Assembly (NCBI GenBank): GCA_964569655.1 | Contig: CAZMTN010000002.1 | Location: forward strand, 134,295 to 198,294 | Length of the DNA stretch: 64,000 bases | Direction of reading: 5' to 3' | Origin: an uncultured Candidatus Saccharibacteria bacterium | GTDB taxonomy: Bacteria > Patescibacteriota > Minisyncoccia > Phycocordibacterales > Phycocordibacteraceae | Part shown: in pieces, positions 8,562-17,457 of the stretch | How positions within the stretch are numbered: the first letter of the stretch is position 1 | Layout of the letters: every line of letters starts with the position of its first letter | Position numbers and translations under genes: made by a program | The notes under the pieces: generated by a model | What the model saw: only the letters and a program-made list of their open reading frames with translations | Databases searched by the model: none | Told to the model about the DNA's origin: nothing

Positions 8562-9836
8562 CTACGCTGCTACGGAAGGGGCTGCGATGCGGATTCTCTC
8601 GAGTTCCTCGCGCACTACCGCGGCATCGCTCCAGGGGGTCTTCGTTCCTTTCGCGCCCATGATGAAGGGATCCGTGCCTTTGCCGGTGACGAGCACCGCG
8701 TCTCCGTGCTTGCCGAGGGAGAGCGCTGTGCGGATGGCTTCGCGGCGGTCGAGGATGATCCTCGGCTCGCGCTTCATGCCGCTCCTCATCTCTTCAAGGA
8801 TCTGCATCGGGTCCTCGTCATAGGGGTCCTCGTTCGTGAGGATGACTTCCGCGCAGGTCTCGTCCGCGATGGCGCCCATGAGCGGTCGCTTCCACGTGTC
8901 GCGGCCTCCGCCGGTGTTCCCGAGCACGCAGATCTTCCGCTGCGTCGGGTATGCGGCGTAGAGCGCGCGGAGCGAATCCGGCGTATGCGCGTAGTCGACG
9001 ACGGCGACGAAATCCTGTCCGGCCTCGATGCGCTCAGCGCGGCCCGGGATGCGGGTGAGGGCGGCGAGCGCCTTCGCGGAGACTTCCGGCGAGACGCCGA
9101 GGAACTCTGCGGTCTTAACGGCCGCGAGCGCATTCAGTACGCTCATCGAGCCCGGGTGCGGGATGTCGAAACGCGTGCCTTTGTATAGGAATGAGACGCT
9201 GCCGTCTTTCGGCACCACGGCTTGCGCGTCAGACAGGGAGAAGGGGATGGCTGCATCGACCGGGATGTTGAGGAAGCGCGTGCCGCGGTCGTCGTCGATA
9301 TTCGCGATGATTGCGCGCGGACGCTTCGCGGACGCGGTGAGCGCCTTCGCGAGGCGGAACTTCGCGTTGAAATATTTCTCGAAGCTCCCGTGTGATTCGA
9401 TGTGCTCGCGCTGGAGGTTGGTGAACACGAGCGCATTAAGGTCGAGGAAGAGGTGGCGGTACTGGAGCGCGCTTTCCGAGGTGAGCTCGAGCACTGCGTG
9501 CGTCGCGCCCTTCTTATGCGCCTTGGCGAGGAAGCGCTGGAGGAAGCCGCGTCCTGGGACCGTCATCTTATAGAGGTTCGGCTTCGATTCGCTCCCCACC
9601 GCAAAACGGATAGTGCCCGCGATCGCCGTATTGTGCCCGGCGACCGTGAGGATCGCGTAGAGCATCTCCGCGACCGATGACTTTCCCTTAGTGCCCGTGA
9701 TGCCGATGACCGTCAGCTTCTTGGCCGGGAAGCCGTACCAGACCGCGGAGAGGAATGCCCACAGGAAGTGGTAGGGAAGCAGAAGCACGCGATAGACGGA
9801 TCGCGGGAGGAGGGATTCGATGAATCGCTTGAGCAT
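8562..9836 (-). CDS. murE: Mur ligase family protein (MurE-like UDP-N-acetylmuramoyl-tripeptide synthetase)
   Basis: start chosen at MLKRF (the ORF extends to 9959); GITGTKGKSS P-loop, Mur ligase central and C-terminal domains; N-terminal hydrophobic segment. Confidence 0.7.
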   Translation of the reverse strand: MLKRFIESLLPRSVYRVLLLPYHFLWAFLSAVWYGFPAKKLTVIGITGTKGKSSVAEMLYAILTVAGHNTAIAGTIRFAVGSESKPNLYKMTVPGRGFLQRFLAKAHKKGATHAVLELTSESALQYRHLFLDLNALVFTNLQREHIESHGSFEKYFNAKFRLAKALTASAKRPRAIIANIDDDRGTRFLNIPVDAAIPFSLSDAQAVVPKDGSVSFLYKGTRFDIPHPGSMSVLNALAAVKTAEFLGVSPEVSAKALAALTRIPGRAERIEAGQDFVAVVDYAHTPDSLRALYAAYPTQRKICVLGNTGGGRDTWKRPLMGAIADETCAEVILTNEDPYDEDPMQILEEMRSGMKREPRIILDRREAIRTALSLGKHGDAVLVTGKGTDPFIMGAKGTKTPWSDAAVVREELERIRIAAPSVAA

Positions 9837-9840
9837 TGTG

Positions 9841-10389
9841 TTAGCGAGCGCCGAGCGCGGCCTTGAGGCGGGCATCCCTGCCGACGATGTCTCCCGGGAT
9901 GCCGCCCAAGGCCTTGCGGGCTTCACGCTCGGTATAGCCGAGCGCGACCAGGGTGTCAAAGAGCTCGGCGTCGTCGCTCATGACGTCGTTTCCGGATGCG
10001 CTGATGCGCTCGCCGATCTCCACCATCATCTTCTCCGCGCTCTTCTTCCCGAGGCCGACCACCTTGGTGAGGTAGGTGAGGTCCCGCTTCGCGATGGCGT
10101 CCTCGATCTTCTCGCGCGGCGCGCGGCGCAGCAACGAGAGCGCAGTCTTCGGTCCGACGCCGGAGACCGAGAGCGCGAGCTCGAAGAATGCGCGATCCTT
10201 GGCGTCCGTGAATCCATAGAGGTCCATGCCGTTCTGGGTGACCGAGAGGTACGTTCGGAGGCTGGCCTCGGCGCCTTCCTTTAATGGGGAGGTGTCCGCC
10301 ACGTAGACGAAGACCCCGAACCCGGCCACCTCGATGACCGCCCCCAACGGTTCCACCGACAGCACCGTACCCCGGATGTTCCTGATCAT
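9841..10389 (-). CDS. ruvA: Holliday junction DNA helicase subunit RuvA
   Basis: start chosen at MIRNIRG (the ORF extends to 10542); OB-fold N-terminus; HhH motifs GVGPKTA and GLGKKSAEK; C-terminal domain III. Confidence 0.8.
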   Translation of the reverse strand: MIRNIRGTVLSVEPLGAVIEVAGFGVFVYVADTSPLKEGAEASLRTYLSVTQNGMDLYGFTDAKDRAFFELALSVSGVGPKTALSLLRRAPREKIEDAIAKRDLTYLTKVVGLGKKSAEKMMVEIGERISASGNDVMSDDAELFDTLVALGYTEREARKALGGIPGDIVGRDARLKAALGAR

Positions 10390-10456
10390 TGCCCCAATGA
10401 TACCGCAGGAGCGGGTACCTTGCAGATACCGGGCAAATACATTAGTATGCGGCGAC

Positions 10457-10723
10457 ATGGCAATCACTCGAGGTGCAAAGAAGGCCCATCGCGCGTCCCA
10501 GAGGAAGCGCGTATTCAATGTGCGTCGCAAGAACGCGCTCACCGACGCTACGAAGGCGGTGAAGAAGGCTATCGCCGCAGGCGACGCGAAGGGAGCGGAG
10601 AAGCTCCTCGCTGGCGCCTACCAGGCGATCGACAAGGCGGAGAAGCGCGGCATCATCAAGGGGAACAATGCCGATCGCAAGAAGTCCCGCCTCGCGGCCG
10701 CCATCGCCCGCGCAGCGAAGTAA
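10457..10723 (+). CDS. rpsT: 30S ribosomal protein S20
   Basis: start at MAITRGAKKAHRASQRKR; basic helical S20 signature; 88 aa. Confidence 0.8.
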   Translation: MAITRGAKKAHRASQRKRVFNVRRKNALTDATKAVKKAIAAGDAKGAEKLLAGAYQAIDKAEKRGIIKGNNADRKKSRLAAAIARAAK

Positions 10724-10725
10724 GG

Positions 10726-10752
10726 AGAACCGCCCGGAAGGGCGGTTTTGCT
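10726..10752 (+). terminator. rho-independent terminator after rpsT
   Basis: ccgccc-ggaa-gggcgg followed by TTTT. Confidence 0.65.
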
Positions 10753-10769
10753 TTCGCTATACTTACCGC

Positions 10770-11426
10770 ATGAATCTCATCCTGTCTCCGCACTATGACG
10801 ATGCGGTTCTCTCCTTGGGCGGCCTCCTCGCGAAAGAGGGAGGCGAGAGCGTGGTGATCACGTGCTTTGCGGGGAAGCCCTCGAAGAATCTCTTCCGCCC
10901 CTGGGACCTGCTCTCCGGGTTCTGGGGAAGCGATGCGTCGCATGAGATGCGGAAGGAAGAGAACAGGAAGGCGCTCTCACTCCTCGGCGTTCCTGCAGAG
11001 AATATCCGTGGTTTGCCGCACCTTGATTCCCAGTATCGGTTAGGCGGGCCGCCGGAAGCTGCGCTCAGTACTAGTATCAAATCTATACTCGATTCTTTTT
11101 CCGATGCTCCGGTAAACGTGTACGCACCTGCCTTGGAAGAGCATCCTGATCACGCGCTCGTTAAAGAATGCGCGCTAGCGCTTAAGGATTCGTATCCGCA
11201 CTTCTCCTTCTATCTATACGAAGACCTGCCGTATGCGCTCACGGGAAAGGGCGTAGAAGGGCACGAAGCCTCTTCAATCGAGCTCACCGATGTACAGCTA
11301 GAGCAGAAATTAGAAGCCATCCGCTGCTACGCCTCCCAGATCCGTCCGCTATCGGTCGCGTTCGGTCCTCGATTCCTCGAACGCATCAGGGAGCATGGTG
11401 CAGAAGTCGTGTACCGGATTCAATGA
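10770..11426 (+). CDS. PIG-L/LmbE family N-acetylglucosaminyl deacetylase
   Basis: LSPHYDDAVLSLGG motif near the N-terminus; conserved HPDH; 218 aa. Confidence 0.7.
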   Translation: MNLILSPHYDDAVLSLGGLLAKEGGESVVITCFAGKPSKNLFRPWDLLSGFWGSDASHEMRKEENRKALSLLGVPAENIRGLPHLDSQYRLGGPPEAALSTSIKSILDSFSDAPVNVYAPALEEHPDHALVKECALALKDSYPHFSFYLYEDLPYALTGKGVEGHEASSIELTDVQLEQKLEAIRCYASQIRPLSVAFGPRFLERIREHGAEVVYRIQ

Positions 11427-11514
11427 GGGGTTTTGCTTTCCACCCCTACTTCTATATAGTGCGCGCAGAACGCATCGCATCCGCGGTGCGTGATCTTTAA
11501 CAAAAGGGGACTAC

Positions 11515-12414
11515 ATGACCTACAAGGTAGGCGGTATCACGCTCCCGCACGGGCCGTTCATGGTCGGCGCGGGGGCATGCAAGACGCCGCACAGCACGTT
11601 CGAATGGCTTTCCGTCGCTCCCGTCGTCTCGGGGTCGTATACGCCGAAGGCTCGCGAGGGGAACAAGGGAGAACGTCTGTTCTACCCTGACACCTTCGAG
11701 AAGTTCCTGAAGCTCGGGTGCGGACTCAACGCGTTCGGCATGCCGAACATGGGTTTCGCCGCCGCAGCCAGGCAGTTCGAGCTTTACAGCGGCGAACAGC
11801 CGCTTATCGTCTCGATCGCGGGCTTCAGCGTCGACGACTATGTCGAAGGCGTGCGCACATTCAACGCCGTCGAATCCGTCCAGGCGATCGAATGCAATTT
11901 CGGCTGCCCGAACACCGAGTGCCACGAGATCCTGTCGTTCGACCTCGGGTCGCTCGGCCTGCTCTTCAAGAAGCTCGAAGGCCGGACCGATAAACCGATC
12001 TGGGTGAAGTTCTCGCCCTTCTCGGATCCGGGAATGCTCAAGAAGGTCGTGCGCCTCGTGAACGGCTCGTCCGCGATACGGGCGGTCGTGACCTGCAACA
12101 CTTTCGCGAACGCGCATATGGGAAAGGGGAAGATCACGCCGAACAACGGCTTCGCCGGGCTCTCGGGCCCGATACTGAAGCCGATCACGTTCGGACAGGT
12201 CATCCAGTTCCGAGGAGAGCTCGAATCCCATGTCGACGTGATCAGCAGTGGCGGTGTCGCTATCGGTAACGACGTCGTGGACTTTCTCGAAGCAGGCGCG
12301 TCCGCGGTGCAGCTAACCTCGGTCCCGTTCTGGATGGGGAAACCTGACGGCTTCCTCGACTATATGATCCACCCGGACACGGGTAGCAGGCTTGAAGACT
12401 ACCTGAACCTCTGA
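11515..12414 (+). CDS. pyrD: dihydroorotate dehydrogenase (class 1 family)
   Basis: 299 aa TIM-barrel DHOD motifs (NMGF, CPNT, GG.A.G). Confidence 0.75.
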   Translation: MTYKVGGITLPHGPFMVGAGACKTPHSTFEWLSVAPVVSGSYTPKAREGNKGERLFYPDTFEKFLKLGCGLNAFGMPNMGFAAAARQFELYSGEQPLIVSIAGFSVDDYVEGVRTFNAVESVQAIECNFGCPNTECHEILSFDLGSLGLLFKKLEGRTDKPIWVKFSPFSDPGMLKKVVRLVNGSSAIRAVVTCNTFANAHMGKGKITPNNGFAGLSGPILKPITFGQVIQFRGELESHVDVISSGGVAIGNDVVDFLEAGASAVQLTSVPFWMGKPDGFLDYMIHPDTGSRLEDYLNL

Positions 12415-12426
12415 TGGAGAAAACGT

Positions 12427-13485
12427 ATGAGCACTGAGAGACACGAACTCGATCCTTTTGACGACATGCATCTGCACGTCCGCCAGAAGGATAGGATGAG
12501 GGCCGTCGTGCCGCATACGGCACAGCGGTTCCGCAGGGCGATAATCATGCCCAATACGGCGCCCTATATCCGTACGGTGGAAGAAGCTGCCGCGTACCGC
12601 GACGAGATCATCGCCGCGGTGCCGAGCTCCTTGGTTTTCGAACCGCTGATGACGCTGTACCTCCAGACGACGATGTCTCCGGAGACCATCCGGCAGGCAA
12701 AGAAGTCCGGATTCGTCCACGGCATCAAGATGTATCCTGCCGGCGCCACTACCAATTCGGACGGCGGCGTGAGCAACGTGCAGGATGTCGAGGAGCAGCT
12801 GACCGTCATGGAGGAAGTGGACATGCCGCTTCTCCTTCACGGTGAGACTGCTGACGCCTCGGTCGACGTGTTCGAACGTGAAGCCGCTTTCTATCAGGAA
12901 TCGTTCCTGTGGCTTACGAAGACGTTCCCGAAGCTCAGGATCGTGTGCGAGCACATCACGACCAAGGCGGCGGCGCAGATGATCGAATATGCTCCGGAGC
13001 ATCTCCGGATCGGGGCGACCATCACGCCGCAGCACCTCCTCGTGAATCGCAACTACATGCTGGGAGCGGGACTTCGCCCGCATGCGTTCTGCAAGCCGAT
13101 CCTCAAGAAGGAGGAGGATCGGAAAACGCTCCTGAAAGCAGTGTCGTCCGGCAACCCCCGGTTCTTCCTGGGGACCGATTCGGCGCCGCATCCGAAGCGC
13201 GGTGACTCAGGCAAGGCGAAGGAAGCCGATTGCGGCTGCGCGGGCTCGTATACCGCCCATGCCGCGCTTGAGCTGTATGCCGAGGCGTTCGAGAGCGTAA
13301 ATGCGCTCGATCGTCTCAACGACTTCGGTTCTTGCTTTGGGGCTCAGTTCTACGAACTCCCCCGGAATCAAGGCAAGGTCGTGTTGGTGAAGGACGAGTG
13401 GCAAGCGCCCGAGTCCTATCCTTTCGGCGACAGCACCGTCGTGCCGTTCCGTCAGGAAATTCCCCTGAAGTGGCGCATCATGTGA
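12427..13485 (+). CDS. pyrC: dihydroorotase
   Basis: 352 aa; DDMHLHVRQ metal-binding His motif; carboxylated-Lys region; homodimeric PyrC-type. Confidence 0.75.
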   Translation: MSTERHELDPFDDMHLHVRQKDRMRAVVPHTAQRFRRAIIMPNTAPYIRTVEEAAAYRDEIIAAVPSSLVFEPLMTLYLQTTMSPETIRQAKKSGFVHGIKMYPAGATTNSDGGVSNVQDVEEQLTVMEEVDMPLLLHGETADASVDVFEREAAFYQESFLWLTKTFPKLRIVCEHITTKAAAQMIEYAPEHLRIGATITPQHLLVNRNYMLGAGLRPHAFCKPILKKEEDRKTLLKAVSSGNPRFFLGTDSAPHPKRGDSGKAKEADCGCAGSYTAHAALELYAEAFESVNALDRLNDFGSCFGAQFYELPRNQGKVVLVKDEWQAPESYPFGDSTVVPFRQEIPLKWRIM

Positions 13486-13493
13486 TGCGTAAA

Positions 13494-13529
13494 GGCCCCG
13501 CTGGTTATCCAGCGGGGCCTCTTTCTTTA
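13494..13529. terminator. bidirectional rho-independent terminator between pyrC (+) and the nucleotidase gene (-)
   Basis: ggccccgctgg-ttatcc-agcggggcc followed by a T tract. Confidence 0.65.
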
Positions 13530-14120
13530 GACGTTCTTGTCGATCCAGGCTACAGCTTGCTCCCAAGAATCCACTCGGATGACGCCAGCAGGCGTATCCT
13601 TGCGATTCCAAGGCCGATCCGGCATGAGCACCGGGATGCCCAGGCTCGCGACGTCCTTTGCGTGAACCACTGCATCTTCGATCAAGACCGCGGGTGCGAT
13701 AGCCCGGCACACGTCGGACTTCAGCCGCTTCACGAAACCGGCCTCGGTCGCGAAGCCGTTCGCGAAGTGGAATTCGCGGAACGGATTCCCGAACAGGCGC
13801 TCGGCAACTTCGATCGTCGCGTCGCGGAGGGTCTCCATCCGGTTCGTGACGATGTCGAGATCATAGCGATGGCGCAGAAGTTGCAGCGCTTCCGCCGCAC
13901 CCTCCATCGGCTCAAGAGCACTGAAGCCTGGAGAGTTCCGGAACACCCGGCACCGTTCCGCGATGACCTCCTCCTCGCACCCGTACACTTCACGCATGAG
14001 GTGTGAAAAGATCCCTTCGTACGAGAGGCTGCTGCCGTGCATCTCGTTGTGATATCGGACGAATCCGCGGTTGAAATCCACGAGCGTATCGTCCCAGTCT
14101 ATGGCAACGAGAGCACGCAT
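13527..14120 (-). CDS. HAD-superfamily 5'(3')-deoxyribonucleotidase-like protein (NT5C family)
   Basis: 197 aa; N-terminal IDWDDTLVDF HAD motif I; NT5C-like layout. Confidence 0.6.
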   Translation of the reverse strand: MRALVAIDWDDTLVDFNRGFVRYHNEMHGSSLSYEGIFSHLMREVYGCEEEVIAERCRVFRNSPGFSALEPMEGAAEALQLLRHRYDLDIVTNRMETLRDATIEVAERLFGNPFREFHFANGFATEAGFVKRLKSDVCRAIAPAVLIEDAVVHAKDVASLGIPVLMPDRPWNRKDTPAGVIRVDSWEQAVAWIDKNV

Positions 14121-14184
14121 TGATGCCTCCTGTTAGCTTGTCCGGACCGACTGTAGCATCGGTCGTACCCGTATTCAAATTATG

Positions 14185-14256
14185 TGCTCCTGGCAGGAAT
14201 CGAACCTGCATCGCCTCCTTCGGAGGGAGGCATCCTATCCATTGAACGACAGGAGC
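14185..14256 (-). tRNA. tRNA-Arg (anticodon CCG)
   Basis: acceptor GCTCCTG/CAGGAGC; anticodon stem-loop CCTCC-CTCCGAA-GGAGG; T-arm GGTTCGATTCC. Confidence 0.75.
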
Positions 14257-14278
14257 GCCCTCACACTCTAAAACAATG

Positions 14279-14350
14279 TGCTCTCGGCAGGAATCGAACC
14301 TGCATTGCCAGCTCCGCAAGCTGGCGTCCTATCCATTGAACGACGAGAGC
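14279..14350 (-). tRNA. tRNA-Arg (anticodon read as GCG)
   Basis: acceptor GCTCTCG/CGAGAGC; anticodon stem-loop CCAGC-TTGCGGA-GCTGG; T-arm GGTTCGATTCC; GCG rather than ACG is unusual. Confidence 0.65.
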
Positions 14351-14366
14351 GTTAGGAATGACTCTA

Positions 14367-14840
14367 CTACAGCTGGAACATCTCGACCAGCCGGTCCACG
14401 ACAGAGACCTCGTGGTTGCCCTCATCGAGGTGGTTGGAGAGGTATTCGTACACGGCCTCGGCGTCCACGCCCGAGAGCGGGATGAGGAGGTGGGGGGACA
14501 GGAGGCTGCGCGTCTTTATGGAGAGGGCAGGGGGGAGCTTCTCGTCCAGGTACTCGAGTACCGAGAAGTGGAGCATGGTGTCGTACGGGTAGAGGCGGTC
14601 GTCTATCTGGAGACCGAGCTCCGTGATCATGAAATGGTGGGTGCGCGAGCGCTTCATCGCCTGGAGCGCGACCGCGACCGCCGCCGAGAGGATGACGAGC
14701 GCGAGGAGGAAGTTGCCGAAGAGGACTGACGCGACGATGCCGGCGAGCGCGATGATGCCGAGCGCCCAATACCAATCGGTGCTTTTCTCGGCGAACTCGT
14801 ATTCAGTTCCAGTCCATTCGAATAACGGGGGGCGCGGCAT
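14367..14840 (-). CDS. hypothetical membrane protein (157 aa, two N-terminal TM helices)
   Basis: ORF only; hydrophobic segments; sits in a tRNA-flanked segment. Confidence 0.5.
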   Translation of the reverse strand: MPRPPLFEWTGTEYEFAEKSTDWYWALGIIALAGIVASVLFGNFLLALVILSAAVAVALQAMKRSRTHHFMITELGLQIDDRLYPYDTMLHFSVLEYLDEKLPPALSIKTRSLLSPHLLIPLSGVDAEAVYEYLSNHLDEGNHEVSVVDRLVEMFQL

Positions 14841-14896
14841 GGCTATACAAAACTATACCACCGCCTGGCGCGCGTGGATTCTTTACCCACCCATAA

Positions 14897-14927
14897 TAAA
14901 AACGCCGGCCCTGGGACCGGCGTTTTC
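14897..14927. terminator. rho-independent terminator (cgccggccc-tggga-ccggcg plus T tract)
   Basis: directly downstream of the minus-strand ORF 14928..15482; also reads as a terminator on the plus strand. Confidence 0.6.
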
Positions 14928-15482
14928 TTAGGTGAGACAGCACGAGGCGATCTGTTCGTTCCTTTTAGAGAACAGATGATTCGGCTCGAAGACCGTGAAC
15001 CAGGCATCCTTTGCTTTCGCTATCGCGATGAGCAGCTCGTGCAGTTCGTCGCGGACGACCATCCGGAATTCGCCGTCCCTGTCTTCGATCGCCACCGCTC
15101 CCGTACTTTGCGCAGCTTTCCGGATATCTGCGATCGCGATCTCGAACATCTCCTTCCGAAGCGTCTCTTTCTGGCGCATCTTCACGCTTAGGCGCCAACT
15201 TAAGAACCGTCCCCTGAGTCCCTTCGGGAAGGGCGCTGTCATCTGGACGTCTACGGTATCGCGCAAGGCCTGATACTGGATGGCATATCGCGTGAGACTG
15301 CCGGTCTCATCGAAGTACCGGATGACCGTCTTGATGCCCGTCCGTGCTGCCACGCCACGAACCGACAGCTCCAGGTTCTCAGCGACCCTCTCATGGCATT
15401 CGCGCAGCCCGGAAGTGAGCGGATCGGGACCGCTCCCTTGGACGTGAAAAAACTCAACCTCTACTATAGGTCTTCTAAGCAT
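14928..15482 (-). CDS. hypothetical protein (184 aa)
   Basis: ORF with a terminator downstream; no recognisable motif. Confidence 0.45.
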   Translation of the reverse strand: MLRRPIVEVEFFHVQGSGPDPLTSGLRECHERVAENLELSVRGVAARTGIKTVIRYFDETGSLTRYAIQYQALRDTVDVQMTAPFPKGLRGRFLSWRLSVKMRQKETLRKEMFEIAIADIRKAAQSTGAVAIEDRDGEFRMVVRDELHELLIAIAKAKDAWFTVFEPNHLFSKRNEQIASCCLT

Positions 15483-15559
15483 CTGAGCCTCCTTTCAGGC
15501 TGGATTGTTCCAATCTGCGCGCACTATGTCATAGCGCTACGGAAAAGGAAATATAGGTG

Positions 15560-15645
15560 CGGAGGAGGTGAGATTCGAACTCACGGTCCCTTGCAGGACT
15601 CCTGTTTTCAAGACAGGCGCGATAGACCAACTCTGCCACTCCTCC
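15560..15645 (-). tRNA. tRNA-Ser (anticodon TGA)
   Basis: acceptor GGAGGAG/CTCCTCC; discriminator G; anticodon loop CTTGAAA; long variable arm; T-arm GAGTTCGAATCTC. Confidence 0.8.
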
Positions 15646-15694
15646 GTGCTCGAGAAGATACCACGTTTTCCGTTATATTTGCTAGGATGCGCCT

Positions 15695-16096
15695 ATGCGC
15701 TATCTCGGCATAGATTACGGCAGCAAGAAGGTCGGCATCGCGCTCTCGGACGAGAGCGGGAGCATGGGCTTCCCGCACGCCATCCTGCCGAACACACCGG
15801 CGCTCCTCGATACGGTGCTCGCGCTTCTCAAAGAGAAGAACGCGGGAGCCGTAGTGATCGGGGAATCGAGGGACCTCGCCGGAAACGACAACCCGATCGC
15901 GAAAGATGCCCGTGCGTTCGGCGACGAGCTGGCGAAGTCGGTCCCCGTCTTCTATGAATCCGAGGTCTTCACCTCGGCAGAGGCACGCCGCATGCACGTG
16001 CCGAGCGAGAAGACCCGCAAACCAGCGAACACCGACGCGGTGGATGCCTCTGCTGCTGCCCTCATCCTTACCAGCTACCTTTCCCGTACCAAGTAA
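15695..16096 (+). CDS. ruvX: putative pre-16S rRNA nuclease / Holliday junction resolvase-like YqgF (RuvX)
   Basis: 133 aa; N-terminal LGIDYGSKKVGIA RNase H-like motif. Confidence 0.75.
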   Translation: MRYLGIDYGSKKVGIALSDESGSMGFPHAILPNTPALLDTVLALLKEKNAGAVVIGESRDLAGNDNPIAKDARAFGDELAKSVPVFYESEVFTSAEARRMHVPSEKTRKPANTDAVDASAAALILTSYLSRTK

Positions 16097-16097
16097 C

Positions 16098-17078
16098 ATG
16101 CCGCCGATCCTCGCTTCGCTCGACGAGCTCAAAAACTTCCTCAAGAGGGCGGCTATCGAGCGCGTCTATGTCGTCACTTCCGAGGAGCTTTCGCGCACGC
16201 TCGCGTGGGCCGTCGCTGAGCTCGGCATAGATGCGGACCATCTGATCCTCATCCCGGACGGGGAACAGGCCAAGCAGTGGGAGGAAGTAGAGAAGCTGCT
16301 CCTGACCTTCAGGGAGAAGGACATCGACCGCGGGTGCGCGGTGCTCGCGCTCGGCGGCGGCACGGTCGGGGATCCGGTCGGCTTCGCCGCATCCATCTAC
16401 TTGCGCGGCGTCCCGTACATCCAGGTCCCCACCACGCTCCTATCCCAGGTAGACAGCGCGCACGGCGGGAAGACCGGCATCAATTTCGCCGGCTACAAGA
16501 ACCAGGTCGGCTCGAACACGCACCCCATCGCGATCGTGCTCGAACCGCGCTTCCTCGCCGCGCTGCCCGAAGCACGCATCGTCGACGGCCTCGGCGAGAT
16601 CGTGAAGGCGGGACTCATCAGCGACACGTCGATACTCAAGGCGCTTTCGCGCATGGAGCGCGGCGCACTCGATTTCCCGCTGCTTATCAGGAAGACTGTC
16701 GCGGTGAAGCGGTGGTACGTGAAGAAGGACCCGGAGGAGACGGGACTCCGCCAGATGCTCAACTTCGGTCATACCGTCGGTCACGCGATCGAGGCGAAGC
16801 ACCACATCACGCACGGTACTGCCGTCATCATCGGCATGCTCGCCGAGCTCAGGGCTACTATCGCCATGGGATACACGAAGCCGGAGGCTCTCGAGAGCCT
16901 CAAGGCGCTTCTGAGCCATCTCGGCATCGAGGCAGATACGACGCTTGTCCCTGACCTGGACGCGATGAAGAAGGACAAGAAGGCGCGCGGCGGCAGTATC
17001 AATCTGCCGGTGGTAGTGCGCCCGGGGAAATCGAAGATCATCCCGGTGCCGATCGCTGATTTTATTACTCACCTATAA
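16098..17078 (+). CDS. aroB: 3-dehydroquinate synthase family sugar-phosphate cyclase (AroB-like)
   Basis: start chosen at MPPILAS (the ORF begins at 15906); GGGTVGD NAD-binding and VPTTLLSQVDSAHGGKTGIN motifs; no other shikimate genes in the window. Confidence 0.6.
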   Translation: MPPILASLDELKNFLKRAAIERVYVVTSEELSRTLAWAVAELGIDADHLILIPDGEQAKQWEEVEKLLLTFREKDIDRGCAVLALGGGTVGDPVGFAASIYLRGVPYIQVPTTLLSQVDSAHGGKTGINFAGYKNQVGSNTHPIAIVLEPRFLAALPEARIVDGLGEIVKAGLISDTSILKALSRMERGALDFPLLIRKTVAVKRWYVKKDPEETGLRQMLNFGHTVGHAIEAKHHITHGTAVIIGMLAELRATIAMGYTKPEALESLKALLSHLGIEADTTLVPDLDAMKKDKKARGGSINLPVVVRPGKSKIIPVPIADFITHL

Positions 17079-17081
17079 CGT

Positions 17082-17420
17082 ATGGATTCTGCCCGCATAA
17101 CCATAGACGATCTCGCAAAGATCGAAGTGAAGATCGGAACGGTGAAGGCCGCGGAGCGCGTCCCGGAGACGGATAAGCTCCTGAAGTGCACCGTCGATTT
17201 CGGGGAAGAGGGCGGCCCGCGCACCATCGTGTCGGGCATCGCGGCCTACGTGGAGCCCGAGAGCCTCGTGGGGCGCCAGCTCGCGTACGTCACTAACCTG
17301 GAGCCGAGGACTATCAAGGGCATCGAGTCGAACGGCATGCTCTTCGCTGTCGGGAACGGCGACACGTTCGCGTTCCTCGCCCCGGACCGCCCGGTTCCTC
17401 CCGGAACCGCTGCGCATTAA
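17082..17420 (+). CDS. csaA: tRNA-binding domain protein (CsaA/Myf/EMAP-II-like OB fold)
   Basis: 112 aa; IEVKIGTVKAAERVPETDKLLKCTVDFGEE characteristic of the tRNA_bind domain. Confidence 0.7.
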   Translation: MDSARITIDDLAKIEVKIGTVKAAERVPETDKLLKCTVDFGEEGGPRTIVSGIAAYVEPESLVGRQLAYVTNLEPRTIKGIESNGMLFAVGNGDTFAFLAPDRPVPPGTAAH

Positions 17421-17457
17421 ATAAAACTTCACGAGAGGAGGCGGTATACTAAGCTGC

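Noticed and set aside
10420-10943. ORFs 10420..10773 (plus) and 10656..10943 (minus) overlapping rpsT and the PIG-L gene
   Set aside because: Arg-rich alternative-frame translations of genes whose primary frames have clear family signatures.
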